Source: Eledone cirrhosa
Taxonomy: Eukaryota
Length of the DNA stretch: 64,000 bases
Assembly (NCBI GenBank): GCA_964016885.1
Contig: CAXHJY010000552.1
Span: forward strand, 27,033-91,032
Direction: 5' to 3'
Each line of letters begins with the position of its first letter. Position 1 is the first letter of the stretch. The notes under the pieces were generated by a model. That model worked only from the letters and a program-made list of their open reading frames with translations, made no database searches and was not told the DNA's origin. The position numbers and the translations under genes are program-made. Shown in pieces: positions 15,001 to 27,600 of the stretch.

Positions 15001-18000
15001 GTTGGTAGTTATAGTGGTGTTAACGTCTTTGGTAGTTATAGTGGTGTTAACATCTTTGGTAATTATAGTGGTGATAACGTCGTTGGTAGTTATAGTGGTG
15101 TTAACATCTTTGGTAGTTATAGTGGTGTTAACATCTTTGGTAATTCTAGTGGTTTTAACATCTTTGGTAGTTATAGTGGTGCTAACATCTTTGGTAGTTA
15201 TAGTGGTGCTAACGTCTTTGGTAGTTATAGTGGTGCTAACATCTTTGGTAGTTTTAGTGGTGCTAACATCTTTGGTAGTTATAATGGTGCTAACATCTTT
15301 GGTAGTTATAATGGTGCTAACATCTTTGGTAGTTATAGTGGTGCTAACATCTTTGGTAGTTATAGTGGTGCTAACATCTTTGGTAGTTATAGTGGTGCTA
15401 ACATCTTTGGTAGTTATAGTGGTGCTAACATCTTTGGTAGTTATAGTGGTGCTAACATCTTTGGTAGTTATAGTGGTGCTAACATCTTTGATAGTCATAG
15501 TGGTGCTAACATCTTTGGGAGTTATAGTGGTGCTAACGTCTTTGGTAGTTATAGTGGTGCTAACATCTTTGGTAGTTATAGTGGTTCTAACGTCTTTGGT
15601 AGTTCTAGTGGTGTTAACATCTTTGGTAGTTATAATGGTGCTAACATCTTTGGTAGTTATAATGGTGCTAACATCTTGGGTAGATATAGTGGTGTTAACG
15701 TCTTTGGTAGTTCTAGTGGTGCTAACATCTTTGGTAGTTATAGTGGTGCTAACGTCTTTGGTAGTTATAGTGGTGCTAACATCTTTGGTAGTTCTAGTGG
15801 TGCTAACGTCTTTAGTAGTTATAATGGTTCTAACATCTTTGGTAGTTATAGTGGTGTTAACATATTTGGTAGTTATAGTGGTGCTAACATCTTTGGTCGT
15901 TATAGAGGTGCTAACTTCTTTGGTAGTTATAGTGGTGCTAACTTCTTTGGTAGTTATAGTGGTGATAACGTCTTTGGTAGTTATAGTGGTGTTAACATCT
16001 TTCGTAGTTATAGTGGTGTTAACGTCTTTTGTAGTTATAGTGGTGCTAACATCTTTCGTAGTTATAGTGGTGCTAACGTCTTTGGTAGTTATAGTGGTGT
16101 TAACGTCTTTGGTAGTTATAGTGGTGTTAACATCTTTGGTAGTTATAGTGGTGCTAACGTCTTTGGTAGTTATAGTGGTGTTAACATCTTTGGTAGTTCT
16201 AGTGGTGCTAACATCTTTGGTAGTTATAGTGGTGCTAACGTCTTTGGTAGTTATAGTGGTGTTAACATCTTTGGTAATTATAGTGGTGCTAACGTCGTTG
16301 GTAGTTATAGTGGTGTTAACATCTTTGGTAGTTCCAGTGGTGTTAACATCTTTGGTAGTTATAGTGGTGTTAACGTCTTTGGTGGTTATAGTGGTGCTAA
16401 CGTCGTTGGTAGTTATAGTGGTGTTAACGTCTTTGGTAGTTATAGTGGTGTTAACATCTTTGGTAATTATAGTGGTGATAACGTCGTTGGTAGTTATAGT
16501 GGTGTTAACATCTTTGGTAGTTATAGTGGTGTTAACATCTTTGGTAGTTATAGTGGTGTTAACATCTTTGGTAGTTCTAGTGGTGTTAACGTCTTTGGTA
16601 GTTATAGTAGTGCTAACGTCTTTGGTAGTTATAGTGGTGCTAACATCTTTGGTAGTTATAGTCGTGTTAACGTCTTTGGTAGTTATAGTGGTGTTAACAT
16701 CTTTGGTAGTTATAGTGGTGTTAACGTTTTTGGTAGTTATAGTGGTGTTAACGTCTTTGGTAGTTATAGTGGTGTTAACGTCTTTGGTAGTTATAGTGGT
16801 GCTAACGTCTTTGGTAGTTATAGTGGTGCTAACGTCTTTGGTAGTTATAGTGGTGCTAACGTCTTTGGTAGTTATAGTGGTGTTAACATCTTTGGTAGTT
16901 ATAGTGGTGCTAACATCTTTGGTAGTTATAATGGTGCTAACATCTTTGGTAGTTATAATGGTGCTAACATCTTTGGTAGTTATAGTGGTTCTAACGTCTT
17001 TGGTAGTTCTAGTGGTGTTAACATCTTTGGTAGTTATAATGGTGCTAACATCTTGGGTAGATATAGTGGTGTTAACGTCTTTGGTAGTTATAGTGGTGCT
17101 AACGTCTTTGGTAGTTATAGTGGTGCTAACATCTTTGGTAGTTCTAGTGGTGCTAACGTCTTTAGTAGTTATAATGGTTCTAACATCTTTGGTAGTTATA
17201 GTGGTGTTAACATCTTTGGTAGTTATAGTGGTGCTAACATCTTTGGTCGTTATAGAGGTGCTAACTTCTTTGGTAGTTATAGTGGTGCTAACTTCTTTGG
17301 TAGTTATAGTGGTGATAACGTCTTTGGTAGTTATAGTGGTGTTAACATCTTTCGTAGTTATAGTGGTGTTAACGTCTTTTGTAGTTATAGTGGTGCTAAC
17401 ATCTTTCGTAGTTATAGTGGTGCTAACGTCTTTGGTAGTTATAGTGGTGTTAACGTCTTTGGTAGTTATAGTGGTGTTAACATCTTTGGTAGTTATAGTG
17501 GTGCTAACGTCTTTGGTAGTTATAGTGGTGTTAACATCTTTGGTAGTTCTAGTGGTGCTAACATCTTTGGTAGTTATAGTGGTGTTAACGTCTTTGGTAG
17601 TTATAGTGGTGTTAACATCTTTGGTAATTATAGTGGTGCTAACGTCGTTGGTAGTTATAGTGGTGTTAACATCTTTGGTAGTTCCAGTGGTGTTAACATC
17701 TTTGGTAGTTATAGTGGTGTTAACGTCTTTGGTGGTTATAGTGGTGCTAACGTCGTTGGTAGTTATAGTGGTGTTAACGTCTTTGGTAGTTATAGTGGTG
17801 TTAACATCTTTGGTAATTATAGTGGTGATAACGTCGTTGGTAGTTATAGTGGTGATAACGTCGTTGGTAGTTATAGTGGTGTTAACATCTTTGGTAGTTA
17901 TAGTGGTGTTAACATCTTTGGTAATTCTAGTGGTTTTAACATCTTTGGTAGTTATAGTGGTGCTAACGTCTTTGGTAGTTATAGTTGTGCTAACGTCTTT

Positions 18001-21000
18001 GGTAGTTATATTGGTGCTAACATCTTTGGTAGTTATATTGGTGCTAACATCTTTGGTAGTTATAGTGGTGCTAACATCTTTGGTAGTTATAGTGGTGCTA
18101 ACGTCTTTGGTAGTTATAGTGGTGCTAACATCTTTGGTAGTTTTAGTGGTGCTAACATCTTTGGTAGTTATAATGGTGCTAACAGCTTTGGTAGTTATAG
18201 TGGTGCTAACATCTTTGGTAGTTATAGTGGTGCTAACATCTTTGGTAGTTATAGTGGTGCTAACATCTTTGGTAGTTATAGTGGTGCTAACATCTTTGGT
18301 AGTTATAGTGGTGCTAACATCTTTGGTAGTTATAGTGGTGCTAACATCTTTGATAGTCATAGTGGTGCTAACATCTTTGGTAGTTATAGTGGTGCTAACG
18401 TCTTTGGTAGTTATAGTGGTGCTAACATCTTTGGTAGTTATAGTGGTTCTAACGTCTTTGGTAGTTCTAGTGGTGTTAACATCTTTGGTAGTTATAATGG
18501 TGCTAACATCTTTGGTAGTTATAATGGTGCTAACATCTTGGGTAGATATAGTGGTGTTAACGTCTTTGGTAGTTCTAGTGGTGCTAACATCTTTGGTAGT
18601 TATAGTGGTGCTAACGTCTTTGGTAGTTATAGTGGTGCTAACATCTTTGGTAGTTCTAGTGGTGCTAACGTCTTTAGTAGTTATAATGGTTCTAACATCT
18701 TTGGTAGTTATAGTGGTGTTAACATATTTGGTAGTTATAGTGGTGCTAACATCTTTGGTCGTTATAGAGGTGCTAACTTCTTTGGTAGTTATAGTGGTGC
18801 TAACTTCTTTGGTAGTTATAGTGGTGATAACGTCTTTGGTAGTTATAGTGGTGTTAACATCTTTCGTAGTTATAGTGGTGTTAACGTCTTTTGTAGTTAT
18901 AGTGGTGCTAACATCTTTCGTAGTTATAGTGGTGCTAACGTCTTTGGTAGTTATAGTGGTGTTAACGTCTTTGGTAGTTATAGTGGTGTTAACATCTTTG
19001 GTAGTTATAGTGGTGCTAACGTCTTTGGTAGTTATAGTGGTGTTAACATCTTTGGTAGTTCTAGTGGTGCTAACATCTTTGGTAGTTATAGTGGTGCTAA
19101 CGTCTTTGGTAGTTATAGTGGTGTTAACATCTTTGGTAATTATAGTAGTGCTAACGTCGTTGGTAGTTATAGTGGTGTTAACATCTTTGGTAGTTCCAGT
19201 GGTGCTAACATCTTTGGTAGTTATAGTTGTGCTAACGTCTTTGGTAGTTATATTGGTGCTAACATCTTTGGTAGTTATATTGGTGCTAACATCTTTGGTA
19301 GTTATAGTGGTGCTAACATCTTTGGTAGTTATAGTGGATTTAACGTCTTTGGTAGTTATAGTGGTGCTAACATCTTTGGTAGTTTTAGTGGTGCTAACAT
19401 CTTTGGTAGTTATAATGGTGCTAACATCTTTGGTAGTTATAGTGGTGCTAACATCTTTGGTAGTTATAGTGGTGCTAACATCTTTGGTAGTTATAGTGGT
19501 GCTAACATCTTTGGTAGTTATAGTGGTGCTAACATCTTTGGTAGTTATAGTGGTGCTAACATCTTTGGTAGTTATAGTGGTGCTAACATCTTTGATAGTC
19601 ATAGTGGTGCTAACATCTTTGGTAGTTATAGTGGTGCTAACGTCTTTGGTAGTTATAGTGGTGCTAACATCTTTGGTAGTTATAGTGGTTCTAACGTCTT
19701 TGGTAGTTCTAGTGGTGTTAACATCTTTGGTAGTTATAATGGTGCTAACATCTTTGGTAGTTATAATGGTGCTAACATCTTGGGTAGATATAGTGGTGTT
19801 AACGTCTTTGGTAGTTCTAGTGGTGCTAACATCTTTGGTAGTTATACTGGTGCTAACGTCTTTGGTAGTTATAGTGGTGCTAACATCTTTGGTAGTTCTA
19901 GTGGTGCTAACGTCTTTAGTAGTTATAATGGTTCTAACATCTTTGGTAGTTATAGTGGTGTTAACATATTTGGTAGTTATAGTGGTGCTAACATCTTTGG
20001 TCGTTATAGAGGTGCTAACTTCTTTGGTAGTTATAGTGGTGCTAACTTCTTTGGTAGTTATAGTGGTGCTAACTTCTTTGGTAGTTATAGTGGTGATAAC
20101 GTCTTTGGTAGTTATAGTGGTGTTAACATCTTTCGTAGTTATAGTGGTGTTAACGTCTTTTGTAGTTATAGTGGTGCTAACATCTTTCGTAGTTATAGTG
20201 GTGCTAACGTCTTTGGTAGTTATAGTGGTGTTAACGTCTTTGGTAGTTATAGTGGTGTTAACATCTTTGGTAGTTATAGTGGTGCTGACGTCTTTGGTAG
20301 TTATAGTGGTGTTAACATCTTTGGTAGTTCTAGTGGTGCTAACATCTTTGGTAGTTATAGTGGTGCTAACGTCTTTGGTAGTTATAGTGGTGTTAACATC
20401 TTTGGTAATTATAGTGGTGCTAACGTCGTTGGTAGTTATAGTGGTGTTAACATCTTTGGTAGTTCCAGTGGTGTTAACATCTTTGGTAGTTATAGTGGTG
20501 TTAACGTCTTTGGTGGTTATAGTGGTGCTAACGTCGTTGGTAGTTATAGTGGTGTTAACGTCTTTGGTAGTTATAGTGGTGTTAACATCTTTGGTAATTA
20601 TAGTGGTGATAACGTCGTTGGTAGTTATAGTGGTGTTAACATCTTTGGTAGTTATAGTGGTGTTAACATCTTTGGTAGTTCTAGTGGTGTTAACGTCTTT
20701 GGTAGTTATAGTAGTGCTAACGTCTTTGGTAGTTATAGTGGTGCTAACATCTTTGGTAGTTATAGTCGTGTTAACGTCTTTGGTAGTTATAGTGGTGTTA
20801 ACATCTTTGGTAGTTATAGTGGTGTTAACGTTTTTGGTAGTTATAGTGGTGTTAACGTCTTTGGTAGTTATAGTGGTGTTAACGTCTTTGGTAGTTATAG
20901 TGGTGCTAACGTCTTTGGTAGTTATAGTGGTGCTAACGTCTTTGGTAGTTATAGTGGTGTTAACATCTTTGGTAGTTATAGTGGTGCTAACATCTTTGGT

Positions 21001-24000
21001 AGTTATAATGGTGCTAACATCTTTGGTAGTTATAGTGGTGCTAACATCTTTGGTAGTTATAGTTGTGCTAACGTCTTTGGTAGTTATATTGGTGCTAACA
21101 TCTTTGGTAGTTATAGTGGTGCTAACATCTTTGGTAGTTATAGTAGTGCTCACATCTTTGGTAGTTATAGTGGTGCTCACATCTTTGGTAGTTATAGTGG
21201 TGCTCACATCTTTGGTAGTTATAGTGGTGCTAACATCTTTGGTAGTTATAGTGGTTCTAACGTCTTTGGTAGTTCTAGTGGTGTTAACATCTTTGGTAGT
21301 TATAATGGTGCTAACATCTTTGGTAGTTATAATGGTGCTAACATCTTGGGTAGATATAGTGGTGTTAACGTCTTTGGTAGTTCTAGTGGTGCTAACATCT
21401 TTGGTAGTTATAGTGGTGCTAACATCTTTGGTAGTTATAGTGGTGCTAACGTCTTTGGTAGTTATAATGGTTCTAACATCTTTGGTAATTATACTGGTGT
21501 TAACATCTTTGGTAATTATAGTGGTGTTAACATCTTTGGTAGTTATAGTGGTGCTAACGTCTTTGGTAGTTATAGTGGTGCTAACTTCTTTGGTTGTTAT
21601 AGTGGTGCTAACGTCTTTGGTAGTTATAGTGGTGTTAACATCTTTCGTAGTTATAGTGGTGTTAACGTCTTTTGTAGTTATAGTGGTGCTAACATCTTTC
21701 GTAGTTATAGTGGTGCTAACGTCTTTGGTAGTTATAGTGGTGTTAACGTCTTTGGTAGTTATAGTGGTGTTAACATCTTTGGTAGTTATAGTGGTGCTAA
21801 CGTCTTTGGTAGTTATAGTGGTGTTAACATCTTTGGTAGTTCTAGTGGTGCTAACATCTTTGGTAGTTATAGTGGTGCTAACGTCTTTGGTAGTTATAGT
21901 GGTGTTAACGTCTTTGGTATTTATAGTGGTGTTAACATCTTTGGTAATTATAGTGGTGCTAACGTCGTTGGTAGTTATAGTGGTGTTAACATCTTTGGTA
22001 GTTCCAGTGGTGTTAACATCTTTGGTAGTTATAGTGGTGTTAACGTCTTTGGTGGTTATAGTGGTGCTAACGTCGTTGGTAGTTATAGTGGTGTTAACGT
22101 CTTTGGTAGTTATAGTGGTGTTAACATCTTTGGTAATTATAGTGGTGATAACGTCGTTGGTAGTTATAGTGGTGTTAACATCTTTGGTAGTTATAGTGGT
22201 GTTAACATCTTTGGTAGTTCTAGTGGTGTTAACGTCTTTGGTAGTTATAGTAGTGCTAACGTCTTTGGTAGTTATAGTGGTGCTAACATCTTTGGTAGTT
22301 ATAGTCGTGTTAACGTCTTTGGTAGTTATAGTGGTGTTAACATCTTTGGTAGTTATAGTGGTGTTAACGTTTTTGGTAGTTATAGTGGTGTTAACGTCTT
22401 TGGTAGTTATAGTGGTGTTAACGTCTTTGGTAGTTATATTGGTGCTAACATCTTTGGTAGTTATAGTGGTGCTAACGTCTTTGGTAGTTATAGTGGTGCT
22501 AACGTCTTTGGTAGTTATAGTGGTGTTAACATCTTTGGTAGTTATAGTGGTGCTAACATCTTTGGTAGTTATAATGGTGCTAACATCTTTGGTAGTTATA
22601 GTGGTGCTAACATCTTTGGTAGTTATAGTTGTGCTAACGTCTTTGGTAGTTATATTGGTGCTAACATCTTTGGTAGTTATAGTGGTGCTAACATCTTTGG
22701 TAGTTATAGTAGTGCTCACATCTTTGGTAGTTATAGTGGTGCTCACATCTTTGGTAGTTATAGTGGTGCTCACATCTTTGGTAGTTATAGTGGTGCTAAC
22801 ATCTTTGGTAGTTATAGTGGTTCTAACGTCTTTGGTAGTTCTAGTGGTGTTAACATCTTTGGTAGTTATAATGGTGCTAACATCTTTGGTAGTTATAATG
22901 GTGCTAACATCTTGGGTAGATATAGTGGTGTTAACGTCTTTGGTAGTTCTAGTGGTGCTAACATCTTTGGTAGTTCTAGTGGTGCTAACATCTTTGGTAG
23001 TTATAGTGGTGCTAACATCTTTGGTAGTTATAGTGGTGCTAACGTCTTTGGTAGTTATAATGGTTCTAACATCTTTGGTAATTATAGTGGTGTTAACATC
23101 TTTGGTAATTATAGTGGTGTTAACATCTTTGGTAGTTATAGTGGTGCTAACGTCTTTGGTAGTTATAGTGGTGCTAACTTCTTTGGTTGTTATAGTGGTG
23201 CTAACGTCTTTGGTAGTTATAGTGGTGTTAACATCTTTCGTAGTTATAGTGGTGTTAACGTCTTTTGTAGTTATAGTGGTGCTAACATCTTTCGTAGTTA
23301 TAGTGGTGCTAACGTCTTTGGTAGTTATAGTGGTGTTAACGTCTTTGGTAGTTATAGTGGTGTTAACATCTTTGGTAGTTATAGTGGTGCTAACGTCTTT
23401 GGTAGTTATAGTGGTGTTAACATCTTTGGTAGTTCTAGTGGTGATAACGTCTTTGGTAGTTATAGTGGTGTTAACATCTTTGGTAATTATAGTGGTGCTA
23501 ACGTCGTTGGTAGTTATAGTGGTGTTAACATCTTTGGTAGTTCCAGTGGTGTTAACGTCTTTGGTAGTTATAGTAGTCCTAACGTCTTTGGTAGTTATAG
23601 TGGTGTTAACGTCTTTGGTAGTTATAGTGGTGTTAACATCTTTGGTAATTATAGTGGTGCTAACGTCGTTGGTAGTTATAGTGGTGTTAACATCTTTGGT
23701 AGGTCTAGTGGTGTTAACGTCTTTGGTAGTTATAATGGTGTTAACATCTTTGGTAGTTCTAGTGGTGCTAACATCTTTGGTAGTTATAGTGGTACCAAGG
23801 TCTTTGGTAGTTATAGTGGTGCTAACGTCTTTGGTAGTAATATTGGTGCTAACGTCTTTGGTAGTTATAGTGGTGCTAACGTCTTTGCTAGTTCTATTGG
23901 TGCTAACATCTTTGGTAGTTATAGTGGTACCAAGGTCTTTGGTAGTTATAGTGGTGCTAACGTCTTTGGTAGTTCTAGTGGTGTTAACGTCTTTGGTAGT

Positions 24001-24655
24001 TCTAGTGGTGCTAACGTCTTTGGTAGTTATAGTGGTGCTCACATGTTTGGTAGTTATAGTGGTGCTAACGTCTTTGGTATTTCTAGTGGTGTTAACGTCT
24101 TTGGTAGTTATAGTGGTGCTAACATCTTTGGTAGTTATAGTGGTGCTAACATCTTTGGTAGTTATAGTGGTGCTAACATCTTTGGTAGTTATAGTGGTGC
24201 TAACATCTTTGGTAGTTATAGTGGTGCTAACATCTTTGGTAGTTATAGTGGTGCTAACATCTTTGGTAGTTATAGTGGTGCTCACATGTTTGGTAGTGAT
24301 AGTGGTGCTAACGTCTTTGGTAGTTATAGTGGTGCTAACGTCTTTGGTAGTTATAGTGATACCAAGGTCTTTGGTAGTTATAGTGGTACCAAGGTCTTTG
24401 GTAGTTATAGTGGTACCAAGGTCTTTGGTAGTTATAGTGGTGCTAACATCTTTGGTAGTTATAGTGGTGTTAACGTCTTTGGTAGTTCTAGTGGTGCTAA
24501 CGTCTTTGGTAGTTATAGTGGTGCTCACATGTTTGGTAGTTATAGTGGTGCTAACGTCTTTGGTAGTAATAGTGGTGCTAACGTCTTTGGTAGTTATAGT
24601 GGTGCTAACGTCTTTGCTAGTTCTAGTGGTGCTAATGTCTTTGATAATAGTTAGG
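1..24655. repeat. 27-bp tandem repeat array (consensus AGTGGTGCTAACATCTTTGGTAGTTAT), ~910 units, with higher-order structure; continues past the left edge
   Basis: Unit read directly throughout; 9-aa periodicity in all long ORFs (VVLTSLVVI, SGANIFGSY, TTITTKDVS); degenerates at ~24630-24660. Confidence 0.99.
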
Positions 24656-24695
24656 ATGCTAAATGTCTTACAACTATAATTGTTTGCAAGATGCT
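7287..24695 (-). CDS. Candidate giant Thr-rich mucin-like repeat exon (TTITTKDV[S/N])n
   Basis: Only stop-free register on the minus strand; Thr/Ser-rich like mucin PTS domains; repeat grades into unique sequence (EHLANNYSCKTFSILTIIKDISTTRTSKDVS) behind a plausible acceptor tactttattttaaAG (AG at 24697-24696, phase 1); the commonest variant GAT/GAC is synonymous in this frame. Interrupted by a 1-nt deletion at ~7287, a TAA at 6821-6823 and a 1-nt insertion at ~6346. Expression is not shown. Confidence 0.5.
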
Positions 24696-24765
24696 CTTTA
24701 AAATAAAGTACAAATCCTTGAGTACTAAAAGGAATTATGATTACTATAAGAGAAGAGAGTATGTT

Positions 24766-24905
24766 CATGTGGCCTAGTGGCAAGAGTGTTAGGCTTATAA
24801 TCATAATGTTGTGGGTTCAATCATCAGATCCTTCTGCACATTGTATTCTTGAGCGAGACACTTCATTTCACATTACTGTACTTCACTCAACTGAAAATTG
24901 AGTAC
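24766..24905 (+). mobile_element. Degraded tRNA-headed SINE
   Basis: A-box-like TGGCCTAGTGG, B-box-like GGTTCAATC, then gagcgagacacttcatttcacatt...actcaactgaaaat similar to the SINE body at 49250-49310. Confidence 0.7.
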
Positions 24906-26194
24906 CCAAAGCAGCTTGAGATTAACCATCTGACAGATTGACGTCCCACTGAGGGAGAGAGATTATGTATTCTATTTTTTAATGCCTCATAAGCCTAGAT
25001 AAGTTCTGACCTGATGTAACACTAAGCGTGTGACAGACTTTTAAAATAATAAGCAAAGAAAGTGAAATTATGATGGCTTTTAGTGAAGAAAATAAAACAA
25101 ATAAAATATTGATTTATAACCTCAATCTTTGTTTTTAATGACTGAGAGAAATGAAGTGGTTGATCCAATGTGTGAAATATTTCTATAATTAGCAGTTTTA
25201 ATACTAACCCACATGAAACTGGCCTTGGTGCAATGATACAAAATTGTCTATTTCAGAGGGTTTATATTTATCTCAAAACCATTCAAAATAATTTTATGTA
25301 CAAACTTTTGTTATGTTCCAAACATCAACTTCATAATGAGAAAGTTAGTTATATTTCTAAATCCCTCCAAATTCTTGACTATTTTCAAAATTGTTTAAAA
25401 ATCATAAACTGTGTCTTTCATTAGAAAATGGTCATGAAATGGTTAAGTGTTTATGTGACTATTATGGACACATTATTGAAGTTTGCTTGTTTTTGTTTCC
25501 TATCAAACTAGTATTGCATGTTTATATTTGACTGATGGAAGCATGGCAGCCCCTGTGACTTCTGAAGACAGTTTTTAGACTGGGAAGATTCATACAGAAT
25601 TATAAAGTGGAGTTCATAAACCTATTTGAAGAGAATGCATTTGATTTAACCCTTTAGTATTTACATTACTCTATATTTACTATTATATTTTCACGGTAAA
25701 GGCTTTAACTCACATAATTATCTCACATAATATCGAATCTATGAGATTTTGATATTATTTATTTTGAGAACAATACCTTAACATCAGTATGAGTGAACAG
25801 AAAGAGGTGAAAGATTTCTGACCAGATACAGCTGGTTTAAATGCTAAAGGGTTAAATAAATGCCAAAATGAAAATTAAAAAAAGGAATACAGTTTTTCAG
25901 AAACTAGTAATGTTCAATCATGAGATCATTCAAGGAAAATATGTTGCTTTCAGATGAAAAGTTATTGGCTTAAATATGAGGTTGAACATCTTACCATTTT
26001 CTAACAATTGTTGTAAGAAATCAATTCTGAATCATATTACATCTTTATTGCCATTGTGACTCTAAAGTAATGATGGTAGATTTGTTGAATTGTTGAAGTG
26101 GTAGTGTTTGTTTTGGCTCTTTACATTCTCGGTTTAAATCCCACTGTAGCCTATTTTTGTCTTATTGTTCTTATTCCTGGGAGGGTTGTGGGGG

Positions 26195-26540
26195 CAGAGT
26201 TCTTAAACACACTTTCTAGCAGGTCCTGTCAGAAGCAACCATCTCTTTTGATTTGGCAGGATTCCCAAGTGAGATCAGCCAAGTTCATGGATGTTATCCA
26301 ACAATTTTGCTCGAGATCTACCACTGGGTCTTTTATCAGTTGGTTTTGCCCCTAAAATCTGTCCAGCAGATCTTTCCTTAGACATTCTAACCACTTGTCC
26401 ATAGTATCGGAACTATGATCTCTCAATTTGGAGAAGTTGCGACTCTACCTGGAGTGATTCTCTGATCTCCAGGCTAGGCACTCTGACGCTTCAAAGAAAC
26501 TTCATTTTAGCTGCTTGTATTTGCAATCGTATTTTGTTGT
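26195..26540 (-). mobile_element. Old RTE-like LINE 3' fragment
   Basis: Minus strand reads IQAAKMKFL (26495-26521) followed by decayed C-terminal LINE-like sequence; multiple disablements. Confidence 0.5.
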
Positions 26541-27274
26541 GGACTTAGTCCGTTGCTAGATTTAATACCATCCCCTGGCCTTTAAGTACTTTTAGTGGAG
26601 TCAACTCTGATACAAGCATTTGGTATAGGTTTCTGATTTGCAGGTACCTTCCTCTCTCCCTCAGAAAAGGTCATGGACATGGCACTCCCTTCCTGACAAA
26701 ACAATACAAAAAAAGACATTTTCAAATTACTTACCATATATTCTTTACATTACCTGTTTCAATAGATGATTTATTTTATATAAAACTCAAATACCTTTAT
26801 GTCTCAATACTACAAAGGAAAGTAATATTACAAAGACAAACTTCTGTATATTATATTTGGGATTCAGACAACCTAGTTTTCTTACCTTACAAATTACATG
26901 ATAACAGTCGACAACATACTCCCTTTTTGTGATAATCATGTTTACCCATTATGTTTGATACGGTTTACTTTTCATATTCATATTCTCCCAATACACTTTC
27001 TTTTTTTTTTTTAACAGCAGTAATTTTATTAGCAATTTAGAAGGAATTATAATGTCCTTCCTGTATGTTATGTTTTGTATTTATAACAAAACCTGTTAAG
27101 GTGGGGTTACATAAAAGACATTTTTCTCAGCAATTTTTTACGGTGTTAGACTTCTTTCAATGATAGACACAAAATATTGTTTTTTTTTGTAGTCTTTAAA
27201 CTATAACATAGAAACATTCCAATTTGTCCTGGTTGTTCTATTGAGTAGGAAACTTGTCAGAAAAGTTGGTGTAG

Positions 27275-27600
27275 GCACAGGCATGGTTGAGTGGTTAAGG
27301 AGTTCACTTTGCAACCAGTTGGATCTGGGTTCTGTCCCACTGTATGGCAACGTGGGTTAATGTATTTTACTATAGCCTCAGATTGACCAATGCTTGCAAG
27401 GGAAATTTAGTAAGGGAAACTTGAGAGGCCATTATGTATATCCATGTCTGTGTTTATATCCCCTAAATTAGCAGTTTTACAAAAGAGATTGATAAAATAT
27501 CAGGCTTAAAAACAAAGGAATATTGAGGTTGATATGATCAACTAAATCAAGGTGGTGCTCTTGCACAACCATAGTCTACTGATTGAAACAAGTAAAAGAA
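27275..27600 (+). mobile_element. Degraded tRNA-headed SINE
   Basis: gcacaggcatggttgagtggttaaggagttcactttgcaacc...gggttctgtcccactg head; related heads at ~29815-29960 and ~39425. Confidence 0.6.

Noticed and set aside
8656-24654. 5332-aa (SGANIFGSY)n ORF, superficially FG-repeat/amyloid-like
   Set aside because: The commonest variants are non-synonymous in this frame, it has a stop at ~7990 and no unique flanking coding sequence; antisense shadow of the Thr frame. Not formally excluded.
2-24679. 8225-aa plus-strand ORF (VVLTSLVVI)n
   Set aside because: Continuous hydrophobic repeat with no unique domain; open because this register has almost no one-step route to a stop; switches register at 6346-7287.
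24696-24804. Apparent hydrophobic signal-like N-terminus of the 5847-aa ORF
   Set aside because: Its start overlaps a SINE head (24766 onward); more likely intronic read-through upstream of an acceptor.
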